Position numbers and translations under genes: made by a program
The notes under the pieces: generated by a model
Database searches by the model: none
What the model was told of the DNA's origin: nothing
The model's input: the letters and a program-made list of their open reading frames with translations, nothing else
In this document: positions 45,941 to 55,312 of the stretch, piece by piece
Layout: each line of letters begins with the position of its first letter
Numbering within the stretch: position 1 is the first letter of the stretch
NCBI GenBank assembly: GCA_049591615.1
Contig: JBAWFD010000048.1
Coordinates: forward strand, 64,213-128,212
Direction: 5' to 3'
Length of the DNA stretch: 64,000 bases
DNA from: Gammaproteobacteria bacterium
Lineage (GTDB): Bacteria; Pseudomonadota; Gammaproteobacteria; Natronospirales; REEB76

Positions 45941-48397
45941 TCATTGGAAATGCTTGCTCAGTGTGAAATACAAACCCCTGCGCGGCAAATATTCAGGCGC
46001 TTCCAGACCGACGCCGGTGCCATTGCGCAGTTCGTAGACGCGATCGAACAAGTTGGTGATGCTCAGGCGAGCGTGGAAAGTGCCGATGTCCGGAAAATCG
46101 AACTGGTGGTCGACCCCGACATTGACAGTGCCATAGGAAGGTAACCACATCTGGTTGGCAAAGCCGGTAGGATAACCGCTGCCATATACGAAATCGGCCA
46201 GCAGCTGCGTCTTGCCGATGTCGTAGTGCGCGCCGGCTGATCCAGTCCATTTCTGGGAGTGATCGACAGGAATATAGTGAGTCTCTACAAAGGCCAGTTC
46301 ATCGGGATCCCAGTTATATTGGCCAGTGATGACATCCTTGGCGAGGGAATTCAGATAGGTCAGGTTGTAATTCGCACCGAAATTCCCTGTGTGGTAATCA
46401 CCGGTGAAGCTAATTCCACTGATACGGCCCTCGGCGTAGTTGAAGTAGGAAAACACCAGGGCACTACCCAGCTGACCGACATCCAGAACGTTCGTGAGTT
46501 GCTCATAAAAGGCATCAACACCCATGGAGAAATTGGGCGTGAAGTCGTGCACCAGGCCCGCGTCGTAGTAGTCGGAGCGTTGTGGCAAGGCGCTGGTGTT
46601 CACATTGGTGGGTGAAGCATTGGTGGTGTTCTGAAACAGCTCCAGGCTTTTCAGTGAAATGCTATACAAGTCGGGCGGGGTAAAGTACCGCGCGTAACCG
46701 GCATGCACCGTCGTATCGGACGTGATCTTCCACACGCTGCCTATACGGGGTGAGACTTGGCCGCTTCGTGAAATCGCGTCCCACAGGTCAGCCCGGACTC
46801 CATAGTTGAGCGTGAACACATCGTTCGGTTGCCATTTATCCTGCGCATAGGCTCCATAGGTCCAGCCGATGTTGCTGTTGTTGTCCACGATGGTAAATGG
46901 CGTGGTGCTCGTCTGGTTACCCTGGGAATCGGCCGGAAATACGCTGGAAGTGTTATCGCTGGTCGCGTTTTCGCGCATTACAAACAATCCGGTGCTCAAG
47001 GTATTGGTAGCATCCAGTGGGTGGCTTAAATCGATCTGCAATCCATGCAGGAAACTCGATTCATACACATTCGCAGCCACCCCCTGATACACCAGGTCGC
47101 CGACCGGATCGGGTAAGTAATTGGTAGTCAACAGCCGGTTGAAATAGGCGAACGAGTAGGTCCAGTCGGCCTGAGTGCCCTGCAATGCCAGCACCGAGAA
47201 ACGGTTTGATTCCCGCTGGTTCTCGTTGAGATATTCAGAAGGATACATCGACGTGAGCTCACTGGGCGTGTAGTTAAGGTACCCATAGGCCGGTGTCTGG
47301 TCCGGCGTGTTGGGTATCTGATAGTTCCCGACCAGATTACCGCTCACGAACAGAAGCCGTGAATTTTCATTGAAACTATAGGATAAATAACCGAAGCCAC
47401 TGGATTGATGGGTAAAATCGTGCGGCGGGGTATGCGCCGGTGTCGGTGACCCCACGCCTAAATCGCTGCGGTAATAGTCGCCCGTCAGGAACCAATCAAG
47501 ATTACCTTTGGTACCACCCCAACTCGCCGTCGAGTCGTAAGTATTGTGGGCGCCCACCATCTGCGACACATCGACTCCGGTGTTGGTACTGCCGGTGGGG
47601 GTATCGATGTCGATCACACCGGCAGTCTGGTACCCGTATTCGGCCGGCAGGGTCCCCGTCAGCAGAGTCACGGAATGGGCGAAGCTGGTCGACAGGACCG
47701 ATCCGAACCCCGAGATCAGCTGACTCGGCATGTAGATGCCATTGATGCGGTATTGGATGTTGGCATGTTCACCGCGTATATGAATCTGGCCAAAGGTATC
47801 CTGATACACGCCCGGTGCCTGGGTCAGGACCTGCTGCAGGCTGGAATTGGTCCCCTGCGGTAGCTCAGCAATGTTCTCTGGCGCAAACACATACACACTG
47901 CTGCCGACCGAGGGCCATACCTCGTCCCGCGGCAAATGGTATCGGGTCGCCTGGACACTCACGGTCCCAAGTTCAGTTGCGCTTGGCACAAGGGAGATAT
48001 GCAGCGGCTCACCGGAAAATAATCTGGGTTGAGTCACCTTCATTGATTCATCACCCGGGTTCATTACAAAAAGCTCGTGCGTACCTTCAGGCACTTGTTG
48101 AAAACTGAATCGGCCTTGTGCGTCCGTCTTGGTGGTGGCAAGCACTTTGTTATCGGCTCCCAGCAACTGCACCTGGGCACCGGCAAGCGGTTGGTCAGAG
48201 GTCATTACCTGACCTGTGACCGAGCGTGCGTTGTCTGCATACGCTTGGTTTGCTAGTGCTACCAAGAAAACGGCCATCAGGCATAACACTAGCAATCCGT
48301 GATTACGGGTTGCTCTGCAGAAATAGTTGATATACACGGTAATCTCCCGCAACACCTGCATAAATGCAGCATGTTGCATACGGATACAGGCTTCCAC
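45941..48397 (-). CDS. TonB-dependent receptor with N-terminal carboxypeptidase-regulatory-like (Ig-like) domain
   Basis: 818 aa (the start is probably internal, e.g. MQVLRE at 48361). VTGQVMTSDQPLAGAQVQLLGADNKVLATTKTDAQGRFSF is a CarboxypepD_reg-like domain, followed by a plug and a 22-strand-type barrel ending ...YFTLSKHFQ. Confidence 0.8.
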   Translation of the reverse strand: MEACIRMQHAAFMQVLREITVYINYFCRATRNHGLLVLCLMAVFLVALANQAYADNARSVTGQVMTSDQPLAGAQVQLLGADNKVLATTKTDAQGRFSFQQVPEGTHELFVMNPGDESMKVTQPRLFSGEPLHISLVPSATELGTVSVQATRYHLPRDEVWPSVGSSVYVFAPENIAELPQGTNSSLQQVLTQAPGVYQDTFGQIHIRGEHANIQYRINGIYMPSQLISGFGSVLSTSFAHSVTLLTGTLPAEYGYQTAGVIDIDTPTGSTNTGVDVSQMVGAHNTYDSTASWGGTKGNLDWFLTGDYYRSDLGVGSPTPAHTPPHDFTHQSSGFGYLSYSFNENSRLLFVSGNLVGNYQIPNTPDQTPAYGYLNYTPSELTSMYPSEYLNENQRESNRFSVLALQGTQADWTYSFAYFNRLLTTNYLPDPVGDLVYQGVAANVYESSFLHGLQIDLSHPLDATNTLSTGLFVMRENATSDNTSSVFPADSQGNQTSTTPFTIVDNNSNIGWTYGAYAQDKWQPNDVFTLNYGVRADLWDAISRSGQVSPRIGSVWKITSDTTVHAGYARYFTPPDLYSISLKSLELFQNTTNASPTNVNTSALPQRSDYYDAGLVHDFTPNFSMGVDAFYEQLTNVLDVGQLGSALVFSYFNYAEGRISGISFTGDYHTGNFGANYNLTYLNSLAKDVITGQYNWDPDELAFVETHYIPVDHSQKWTGSAGAHYDIGKTQLLADFVYGSGYPTGFANQMWLPSYGTVNVGVDHQFDFPDIGTFHARLSITNLFDRVYELRNGTGVGLEAPEYLPRRGLYFTLSKHFQ

Positions 48398-48436
48398 GCG
48401 ATATCGCGGGGATGAAGGTTTCGGAGACTTAGCGTG

Positions 48437-48763
48437 TTATCGAGGCGGGTCGCGGGCGTGGTAGGTGTGGGAGCGGACAGAATGAAAACTCTCTGACTGT
48501 AATGGAATCGTGCCTATGCCCACTGCCGGTGGTATGGCAAAGACAAGTGGGCTGGCATGCATACCGACCAGACCGCTGCCTACCAGGCATATCGGACACA
48601 CCGTTCCGGGTGGTTCGGGCTGTAACTCGGTTGAATGGTGAACGACGATGGCAAACTGAGCGCTTGCTACGATCAGCGCCATAGCCATCATAAAAGCGCG
48701 CACGCGCTTCGCTGAAAGAGTACGCAGACGGCCTATCAAGGGCTGCTTTGTATTGGTCAGCAT
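48437..48763 (-). CDS. Small exported protein, DUF2946-like (CxxC)
   Basis: 108 aa. Signal-like RVRAFMMAMALIVASAQFA, and HHSTELQPEPPGTVCPICLV with CxxC. Directly upstream of, and co-oriented with, a TonB-dependent receptor, which is the usual DUF2946 context as I recall it. Confidence 0.4.
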   Translation of the reverse strand: MLTNTKQPLIGRLRTLSAKRVRAFMMAMALIVASAQFAIVVHHSTELQPEPPGTVCPICLVGSGLVGMHASPLVFAIPPAVGIGTIPLQSESFHSVRSHTYHARDPPR

Positions 48764-48917
48764 AGAATAGATTTAATCTAATCAAACATCGGTGTCAAGC
48801 CTTATAGGCGCTTTAGTCAAAGCGATCCGCTATCCCCGGCATCGTCATTAAATGCTACCGACCCGGCTTTATCCTTCGCAACCACCATAAATATTTCTTC
48901 ACAGATGCCGCTGGTCA

Positions 48918-49694
48918 TTAAGATGAGAACTCGGCGAGATACGCAGCACGATGGGCGTCAGCGAACTCCGCCATGCTGTTGAAGCAGAAATCCGGCATCA
49001 CTGCTTCGGTGGGCGGCCGGGTGGCGCCGAAACCTTGCTTATCATGGCGCCGGTAGATCCAGTTGGTCGCGAGGCCGATATTCTTCGCCGGAATATGATC
49101 GTGATACTGGCTCTCGGCGGTGTGCAATATTTGTGTCATTTCGATATCCATTGCCGCGAGCTTATCCAACATAAAATGGAAATTGCGCAGATCAGGCTTG
49201 TAGCTGCCGATGTCCTGGGCGGTGAAAATGTGATCGAATTCCACGCCCAGCTTGGCGTTGGAATGACTGAACGATTCGCGATCCACATTGGATAGGATCA
49301 CCAATTGATAATGCTGCTTGAGGTATTTCAGTGCCGGAGCTGAATCTGCAAATGCTGGCCAGTGCTGGATAGAATTCCCAAATGCCATCGCGTCCGCGTC
49401 GCTGGCCCGCGTGCCCCAAGCTTTCGCCATGCGTTTCAGCACACGTGCCAGGATTTCCGGATAGAGCAAATCATGAGTTTCCTGCTCCTGGACCCATTCG
49501 TTTAGACCAAAGGCCTCGATGAGTTCCTGATCGTTGATTTTTAGATTCTCGTGCTTGCGCCATGCATCCAGAGCCGTGCAAATGCCAGTCTCCCAATCGA
49601 TGAGCGTGCCGTAGCAATCGAAAGTCAGGACATTGAAATCGGTGAGGCTTTTGCGAGTTTTATCGATACTGGTAATTTGATATTGAGCGCACAC
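48918..49694 (-). CDS. HAD-superfamily hydrolase (haloacid dehalogenase-like, subfamily IA)
   Basis: 258 aa. Motif I VLTFDCYGTLIDWE, motif II ILSNV, and a later K and DD-type motif region. Confidence 0.75.
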   Translation of the reverse strand: MCAQYQITSIDKTRKSLTDFNVLTFDCYGTLIDWETGICTALDAWRKHENLKINDQELIEAFGLNEWVQEQETHDLLYPEILARVLKRMAKAWGTRASDADAMAFGNSIQHWPAFADSAPALKYLKQHYQLVILSNVDRESFSHSNAKLGVEFDHIFTAQDIGSYKPDLRNFHFMLDKLAAMDIEMTQILHTAESQYHDHIPAKNIGLATNWIYRRHDKQGFGATRPPTEAVMPDFCFNSMAEFADAHRAAYLAEFSS

Positions 49695-49707
49695 AGTTGT
49701 GTTTACT

Positions 49708-50256
49708 TCATGGTTGCGGAGTAATCATGTCTGGAGGTAACTCAGCCGCAACCAAATCGATCAGTGTATCTTTATAAAACTGGAATCGCAGCACATCGCA
49801 TAGATAGCCTTCGCTATGATGTTCAGAGCCTTTAATCATCACTGAATAGTGCCGTTCAGCACAGTTACCTTTATAGATATATACGACATATCTGCTTAGA
49901 TCTGTACCTTTCGGCGGCAACCCTATTATCGACTGAGGTCTATCATTGAGCGAGAAATATACGTCTGGTTCTCCGAATAACTCTTTTATATCAGTCGGCG
50001 TAACGCGATATGGCAATCTGTCCCAATCTATACGCCAATTATTTGGCTCAAATGCACTAGGCAAAGAATGCTGCAGTTTTACAAATAATGAACTACGTAC
50101 TTTCGCGTCACCATTTGCAAATTCAGCAATCTGTTCTCGTACTGTAGGATCAAGATCAGAAGGTGAAAAATGCGGCAACTTTTCATTGGCATAAATAGAA
50201 AATGTGAAAAATACCGTCGATACAACTCCAACAATGATCTTAGTGTATTGACGCAT
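49708..50256 (-). CDS. Orphan exported/anchored protein, AT-rich gene
   Basis: 182 aa. N-terminal hydrophobic anchor IIVGVVSTVFFTFSIYA. I recognise no family motif. Three 60-nt lines counted give 37-43% G+C, against 65% in a line of the adjacent gcdH. Confidence 0.55.
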   Translation of the reverse strand: MRQYTKIIVGVVSTVFFTFSIYANEKLPHFSPSDLDPTVREQIAEFANGDAKVRSSLFVKLQHSLPSAFEPNNWRIDWDRLPYRVTPTDIKELFGEPDVYFSLNDRPQSIIGLPPKGTDLSRYVVYIYKGNCAERHYSVMIKGSEHHSEGYLCDVLRFQFYKDTLIDLVAAELPPDMITPQP

Positions 50257-50261
50257 AAATT

Positions 50262-51425
50262 TTAAAACGCGTTAAAGTCGGTGAGTTCCTTGCCGATGAC
50301 CAGCTGATGCACGGTCTCGGTGCCCTCGTAGGTGATTACCGATTCCAGATTCAGCGCGTGGCGGATCGGGCAGCATTCGGTGGTGATGCCGGCGCCACCT
50401 AAGAGATCGCGGGCATCGCGCGCGATATTAATCGCCATACGTGTGTTGTTCCATTTGGCGAGCGACACCTGCGCAGGCTGCATCTCGCCCCTGTCCTTCA
50501 GGCGCCCCAGTTGCAATGAAAGCAATTGACCGAGGGTAATCTGGCGCGCCATCTCTGCAAGGCGCAGCTGCACCGCCTGGTTGTGGTTCAGCGGCCGGCT
50601 GAAGAGTTCGCGGGTTTTGGTGTAGTCCAACACTTCTTTCAGGCAGGCCTGCGCCGCACCGATGACGCCCCAGCTGATGCCGTAGCGGGCTTGTGTCAAA
50701 CAGGACAGCGGGCCTTTGAGTCCCTTCACCTTCGGCAATACATTGACTTCCGGCACATGCACGTTGTCGAAGTACAGCGCCGAGGTCACCGAAGCGCGCA
50801 GCGACATCTTGTGATGCACTTCCGGCGCGTCGAAACCCTGCATGCCCTTTTCCACCAGGAAACCACGGATGCCGTCGTCGGTCTGGGCCCACACCACCGC
50901 CACATCGGCGATGCTGCCATTGGTGATCCACATCTTGGCGCCGTTCAGCACCCAATCGCCACCTTTCTTCTTGGCTTGAGTCTTCATGTTGCCGGGATCG
51001 GAACCGCCGTGCGGTTCAGTGAGGCCGAAGCAGCCGATGGCGTCGCCCTTGGCCATGTTGGGCAACCATTGTTGCTTTTGTTCATCCGAACCATAGGTAA
51101 AGATTGGATACATCACCAGGCTCGACTGTACCGACACGAAGCTGCGCAGACCCGAGTCGCCACGCTCGAGTTCCTGGCAGATGAGTCCGTAGGCCACACC
51201 GTTCAAGCCGGCGCAGTCATAACCCTGGATGGAGCTACCCAACAATCCAAGTGATGCGATCTCCCGAACCAGCTCTTTCGGGAAGCGCGCTTTATCGAAA
51301 CATTCGCCGATGATGGGCAGCACTTTCTCATCCACGAAGCGCGCGGTGCTGGCCAGCACCATCTGCTCTTCTTCGGACAGCAGACTGTGGATATCGTAGA
51401 GATCAAGCGGGTTCAGGGACTTCAC
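50262..51425 (-). CDS. gcdH: Glutaryl-CoA dehydrogenase (acyl-CoA dehydrogenase family)
   Basis: 387 aa. GCFGLTEPHGGSDPGNM, WITNGSIADVAVVWA, and the C-terminal IRHALNLESVITYEGTETVHQLVIG closely follow the GCDH pattern. Confidence 0.85.
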   Translation of the reverse strand: MKSLNPLDLYDIHSLLSEEEQMVLASTARFVDEKVLPIIGECFDKARFPKELVREIASLGLLGSSIQGYDCAGLNGVAYGLICQELERGDSGLRSFVSVQSSLVMYPIFTYGSDEQKQQWLPNMAKGDAIGCFGLTEPHGGSDPGNMKTQAKKKGGDWVLNGAKMWITNGSIADVAVVWAQTDDGIRGFLVEKGMQGFDAPEVHHKMSLRASVTSALYFDNVHVPEVNVLPKVKGLKGPLSCLTQARYGISWGVIGAAQACLKEVLDYTKTRELFSRPLNHNQAVQLRLAEMARQITLGQLLSLQLGRLKDRGEMQPAQVSLAKWNNTRMAINIARDARDLLGGAGITTECCPIRHALNLESVITYEGTETVHQLVIGKELTDFNAF

Positions 51426-51542
51426 GGGATTCTCCGCATTGCGCGTACCGGCTTGGTGGCGGGCAATGGATGTTGTTTTGTCAGGATTTCCAGCCAGTGT
51501 CGCGTTCGTAAGTGTTCATGATACTCGAAGGCCGCCGCTGCT

Positions 51543-52589
51543 TCAGGGCGCGGCCACTTTCTCCAGCGCGGCGCGCACCTCCGGTGCGTACTCGAAAGCA
51601 TCGGAAAAGACGTGCTCGGGAGCGGCGCCTTTGAGCAGCAGGGACTGGCGTGCGCTGCGCACCATGGCCGGCGGCCCCGCCAGATAAATATCGTGATGGG
51701 AAAATTCCCCATAGTCCGCAAGCACTGCTTCCTGCAAGCGCCCGCGGCGTCCGGTCCAACGGTCTTCGGGCTGCGCTTCGGTGAGCACCGGTACGAAGCG
51801 GAATTCCGGCTGTTCTCTGGCCCATTGTTCGACCAGCGTCATCTCATACAGATCAGTCTTGCAGCGTGCACCCCAATACAGCGTCGCTTGGTGCTGGAGT
51901 TGAATTTCAAACAGATGCCGCAGCATGGCCTTGCAAGGGGCGAAGCCGGTGCCGCCTGCGATCATCAAGATGGACCGGTTCGATTCTTCCTGCAGAAAGA
52001 AACCGCCCAGTGGCCCCTGGATCTCCAGCAGCGCGCCTATCTGCATGTGAGAGAACACGTCTTCGGAAAAGCGTCCGCCCGGCACCAGTCCCACATGGAT
52101 TTCCAGTTGTCCGCTGGCGTGCGGCGGATTGGCGAGTGAAAAACTGCGGCGCTGGCCGCCCGGTAGCAGCACATCGATGTATTGCCCCGGCAGGAACTTC
52201 AGTGTCTCCACCGGCGGCAGCTGCAAAAACAGCGCCATCACTTCGCGTGTTAGCGGCTGCATGCGCGCCACGCGACACGGCAGGGTCTTGATAGCAAGCT
52301 CGGCGGCCGCCGTCACTTCCTGTGCATCCAACACCAGATCTGTTTCAGCTACTGCACGGCACAGTAGTATGTCGCCCGCATGACGCTCGAGTGCGGTCAG
52401 TCCCAGTGGCGGTCCATGGGGGTAACGCACCCGGCCGGAGGCCAGATGTGTGCGGCAGACGCCGCAACTGCCGTTGCGGCAGCCGTCCGGCAGGTGCACG
52501 CCCTGGCGCAGGGCCGCGGCCAGCACAGTCTCGTGATCCCGCAGCTCAAAACCATGGCCGCCGGGGTGCAGGTGTGCACGATGAGGCAT
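51543..52589 (-). CDS. 2Fe-2S ferredoxin + FNR-like FAD/NAD(P)-binding oxidoreductase
   Basis: 348 aa. Plant-type ferredoxin Cys motif CRNGSCGVCR...LLC, flavin-binding RRSFSLAN, and NAD-binding ILMIAGGTGFAP. Confidence 0.8.
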   Translation of the reverse strand: MPHRAHLHPGGHGFELRDHETVLAAALRQGVHLPDGCRNGSCGVCRTHLASGRVRYPHGPPLGLTALERHAGDILLCRAVAETDLVLDAQEVTAAAELAIKTLPCRVARMQPLTREVMALFLQLPPVETLKFLPGQYIDVLLPGGQRRSFSLANPPHASGQLEIHVGLVPGGRFSEDVFSHMQIGALLEIQGPLGGFFLQEESNRSILMIAGGTGFAPCKAMLRHLFEIQLQHQATLYWGARCKTDLYEMTLVEQWAREQPEFRFVPVLTEAQPEDRWTGRRGRLQEAVLADYGEFSHHDIYLAGPPAMVRSARQSLLLKGAAPEHVFSDAFEYAPEVRAALEKVAAP

Positions 52590-52648
52590 TTGCTTTCCCG
52601 CACCGATAGAATGCGGTCATTCTCCGCCAAAACCGGGAGCAAGACAGC

Positions 52649-53332
52649 ATGCATATGCTCACGCTGATTGGTGTGCTCGTGGTTATCATTGGTTTCGCCT
52701 TGCGGGTGAATCCGCTCTTGGTGGTGACCGTGGCGGGCATCACCACCGGCGTCGCGGGCGGCTTGAGTCCGGTGGCCATCGTCAGCGAGTTCGGCCGTGC
52801 CTTCACCGAGAACCGCTACATGGGCCTGGTGTGGCTGACGCTGCCGGTCATCGGCCTGCTGGAGCGCAGCGGTCTCAAGGAACGCGCCCAGGAACTCATC
52901 GGCCGCATCAAGTCCGCCACCACCGGCCGCGTGCTGCTGCTGTATCTGGCGATCCGCCAAATCACCGCTAGCATCGGGCTCACTTCGCTCGGCGGACAGG
53001 CACAGATGGTGCGGCCCCTGATCGCGCCCATGGCGGAAGCCGCAGCGGAGGCACGTTACGGCGAGTTGCCCGATAAGACCCGCTACCATGTCCGAGCGCA
53101 TGCCGCGGCAGTCGATAACGTGGGCGTATTCTTCGGTGAGGACATCTTCCTTGCCATGGGCTCGGTGCTGCTTATCAAGGGTTTCCTAGATGAAAACGGC
53201 ATTCATTTAACGCCATTGCACATCGCACTGTGGGCCATCCCGACAGCGATTGCGGTATTCGTCATCCACGGTATCCGTCTTCTGCTGCTGGATCGCCGGC
53301 TGGCGAAGCAATTTAAGGATCACCAAGCATGA
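52649..53332 (+). CDS. DUF969-like membrane protein
   Basis: 227 aa polytopic. 4-nt overlap with the following DUF979-like gene. This two-gene pairing is the conserved arrangement of the families as I recall it. Confidence 0.65.
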   Translation: MHMLTLIGVLVVIIGFALRVNPLLVVTVAGITTGVAGGLSPVAIVSEFGRAFTENRYMGLVWLTLPVIGLLERSGLKERAQELIGRIKSATTGRVLLLYLAIRQITASIGLTSLGGQAQMVRPLIAPMAEAAAEARYGELPDKTRYHVRAHAAAVDNVGVFFGEDIFLAMGSVLLIKGFLDENGIHLTPLHIALWAIPTAIAVFVIHGIRLLLLDRRLAKQFKDHQA

Positions 53333-54285
53333 TCCGGCTGGAGTTCATCTACACCCTCGGTGGCCTGCTGTTCACGGTGGTGGCGATACTCGAATTTCTG
53401 GATCGCAGCAATCCGAAACGCTTGCGCAAGACTCTCTTCTGGGGCATCTATGGCATCACCTTCCTGTTCGGATCAGTGTTGCCCTCATTCGCCACCGGCG
53501 GTCTGGTGATCCTCATGGTGCTGGTGACCGGTTGGAAAGACCTAGGTGCGAGCAAAGTGAAGACCACTTCGGAACCGGAACGGCGCCAGAGTGCCTCACG
53601 CTTGCGGGACAAACTTTTCATCCCGGCACTCTGCATCCCGTTGGTGACTTTCCTGGGCACGCTGCTGTTGCCGAACATTAGCATCGCAGGTAAGCCGTTG
53701 GCCGTGGCAAAAGATGCCACGCTGGTATCACTGGGTCTGTCGGTGATCGTGGCGCTGGTGGTGGCGCTGTGGCTGTTCCGCCAGCGTTTCGTCACTTCCC
53801 TGCACGAAGGCCGGCGTCTGTTGACGGCGGTAGGTACGGTGGCGGTGCTGCCGCAACTGCTGGCGGCCCTGGGCGCGCTGTTCGCCGCCGCCGGCGTTGG
53901 TCAGGTGGTCTCGGAAGGTGTGACGCGCTTCATCCCCGCGGACGCAACCTTCCTGGTGATCATGGCCTTCACCGTGGGCATGGCGTTGTTCACCATGATC
54001 ATGGGCAATGCCTTCGCGGCCTTCCCGGTGATGGTCGCAGGCATCGGCCTGCCGCTGATCGTGCACAAGCTCGGCGGCGATCCCGCCATCATGGGCGCCA
54101 TCGGCATGCTCTCGGGGTACTGCGGCACGCTCATGACGCCCATGGCGGCCAACTTCAATATCGTGCCAGCAGCACTCTTGGAACTGCCGGACAAGAATGG
54201 TGTGGTCAAGGTGCAGATCCCCACCGGTTTGATACTGCTGGTGGTCAACACACTGCTGATGTATCTACTCGTGTTCCGCTTTTAA
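53329..54285 (+). CDS. DUF979-like membrane protein
   Basis: 318 aa polytopic, translationally coupled to the DUF969-like gene. Confidence 0.65.
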   Translation: MIRLEFIYTLGGLLFTVVAILEFLDRSNPKRLRKTLFWGIYGITFLFGSVLPSFATGGLVILMVLVTGWKDLGASKVKTTSEPERRQSASRLRDKLFIPALCIPLVTFLGTLLLPNISIAGKPLAVAKDATLVSLGLSVIVALVVALWLFRQRFVTSLHEGRRLLTAVGTVAVLPQLLAALGALFAAAGVGQVVSEGVTRFIPADATFLVIMAFTVGMALFTMIMGNAFAAFPVMVAGIGLPLIVHKLGGDPAIMGAIGMLSGYCGTLMTPMAANFNIVPAALLELPDKNGVVKVQIPTGLILLVVNTLLMYLLVFRF

Positions 54286-54401
54286 CTCGGTAGGTTGGGG
54301 TAAGCTTTGCGAACTCCATCATATTTTATGTTGGGCTGCGTTCCACTCAGCCTAATCTACGTACTGATGTATCAACTGGTGTTTCGTTTTTGAATCGATG
54401 A

Positions 54402-54626
54402 TCAGCAACAGTGATGACTCGTGCACGCCTGCTGTTTTGGCGGACAGGGCACCGAGCCGTAAGAACAGAACACGCAGCAGTCGCCCGGTTTGGGTCTGAG
54501 CGATGTATGGCAGTGAGGGCATTCATAGAAAAACCGGCAGGCATCCGTGGGCATGTGTTCCTCACTGGTTTTGCCACAGTGTGGGCAGGTTAGCACCGAT
54601 GACAGAATCAGGGATTGTTTAGGCAT
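54402..54626 (-). CDS. Cys-rich mini-protein with GDCCVxC motif (probable metal-binding)
   Basis: 74 aa with 12 Cys. CPHC...CPHC ribbon-like pairs, the literal motif GDCCVFC, and a C-terminal HHCC. Confidence 0.7.
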   Translation of the reverse strand: MPKQSLILSSVLTCPHCGKTSEEHMPTDACRFFYECPHCHTSLRPKPGDCCVFCSYGSVPCPPKQQACTSHHCC

Positions 54627-54644
54627 AACTACAGACTGCTTTCA

Positions 54645-55262
54645 TCAGATATGCAACAAACGTAGACTGGTCCAAGCCACATACCCGCCGAAACCCGCCA
54701 GCACCGCCACGCTCACATAGGCTACCCACAGGATAGCGGACGCCGCTTTCATCCCCACCCAGCTGAACACATACGTGAAGGCCACGCTGTACACGATGAG
54801 CGCGGTGAACATGCCGACGATACCCGGCCAGCCCCAGGAAGTGTAAAGCAGGGTGCCGTTGGCCAGCCACCAGGCAAAGGACACCGGGCTGGTGAGCACC
54901 GTGAGGTAGCCGAGTTTCAAGGAGCCGGGCATGCTGCTGGCATGCAGTCCGGCGCGCGCGCTTCGCCAGGTGCTCCAGGCCATCCACACAAGCAGAGCCG
55001 CGCCCACCAGACCCATCAGGCCCACGACCCGTGGGTAACTTTTCAGAAAAGTCACCGCGCCCAGGACCGCAAGCGTCAACCAGCTAAGGTCGCCGACGAT
55101 ACTGCCGAACGCCATCAACAGCGATTCTTTGATGCGCCCACGCATGGACGCATTGGCCATGACGGTCATGACCGGGCCAGGTGGTGCCGCCAGACTCAGA
55201 CCCAGCAACGTGCCGGCCAGGGCCGCATGCCAACCCGAAATAGGGATGCTATGGGATATCAC
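54645..55262 (-). CDS. LysE/RhtB-family translocator
   Basis: 205 aa, about 6 TM helices. N-terminal LLGLSLAAPPGPVMTVMANASMRG is the LysE-family PGP motif region. Confidence 0.75.
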   Translation of the reverse strand: MISHSIPISGWHAALAGTLLGLSLAAPPGPVMTVMANASMRGRIKESLLMAFGSIVGDLSWLTLAVLGAVTFLKSYPRVVGLMGLVGAALLVWMAWSTWRSARAGLHASSMPGSLKLGYLTVLTSPVSFAWWLANGTLLYTSWGWPGIVGMFTALIVYSVAFTYVFSWVGMKAASAILWVAYVSVAVLAGFGGYVAWTSLRLLHI

Positions 55263-55312
55263 GGTTACGGCGGATTATAACCAAGCTGTTCTGGTTGCAA
55301 CTTCCAAGCAAC

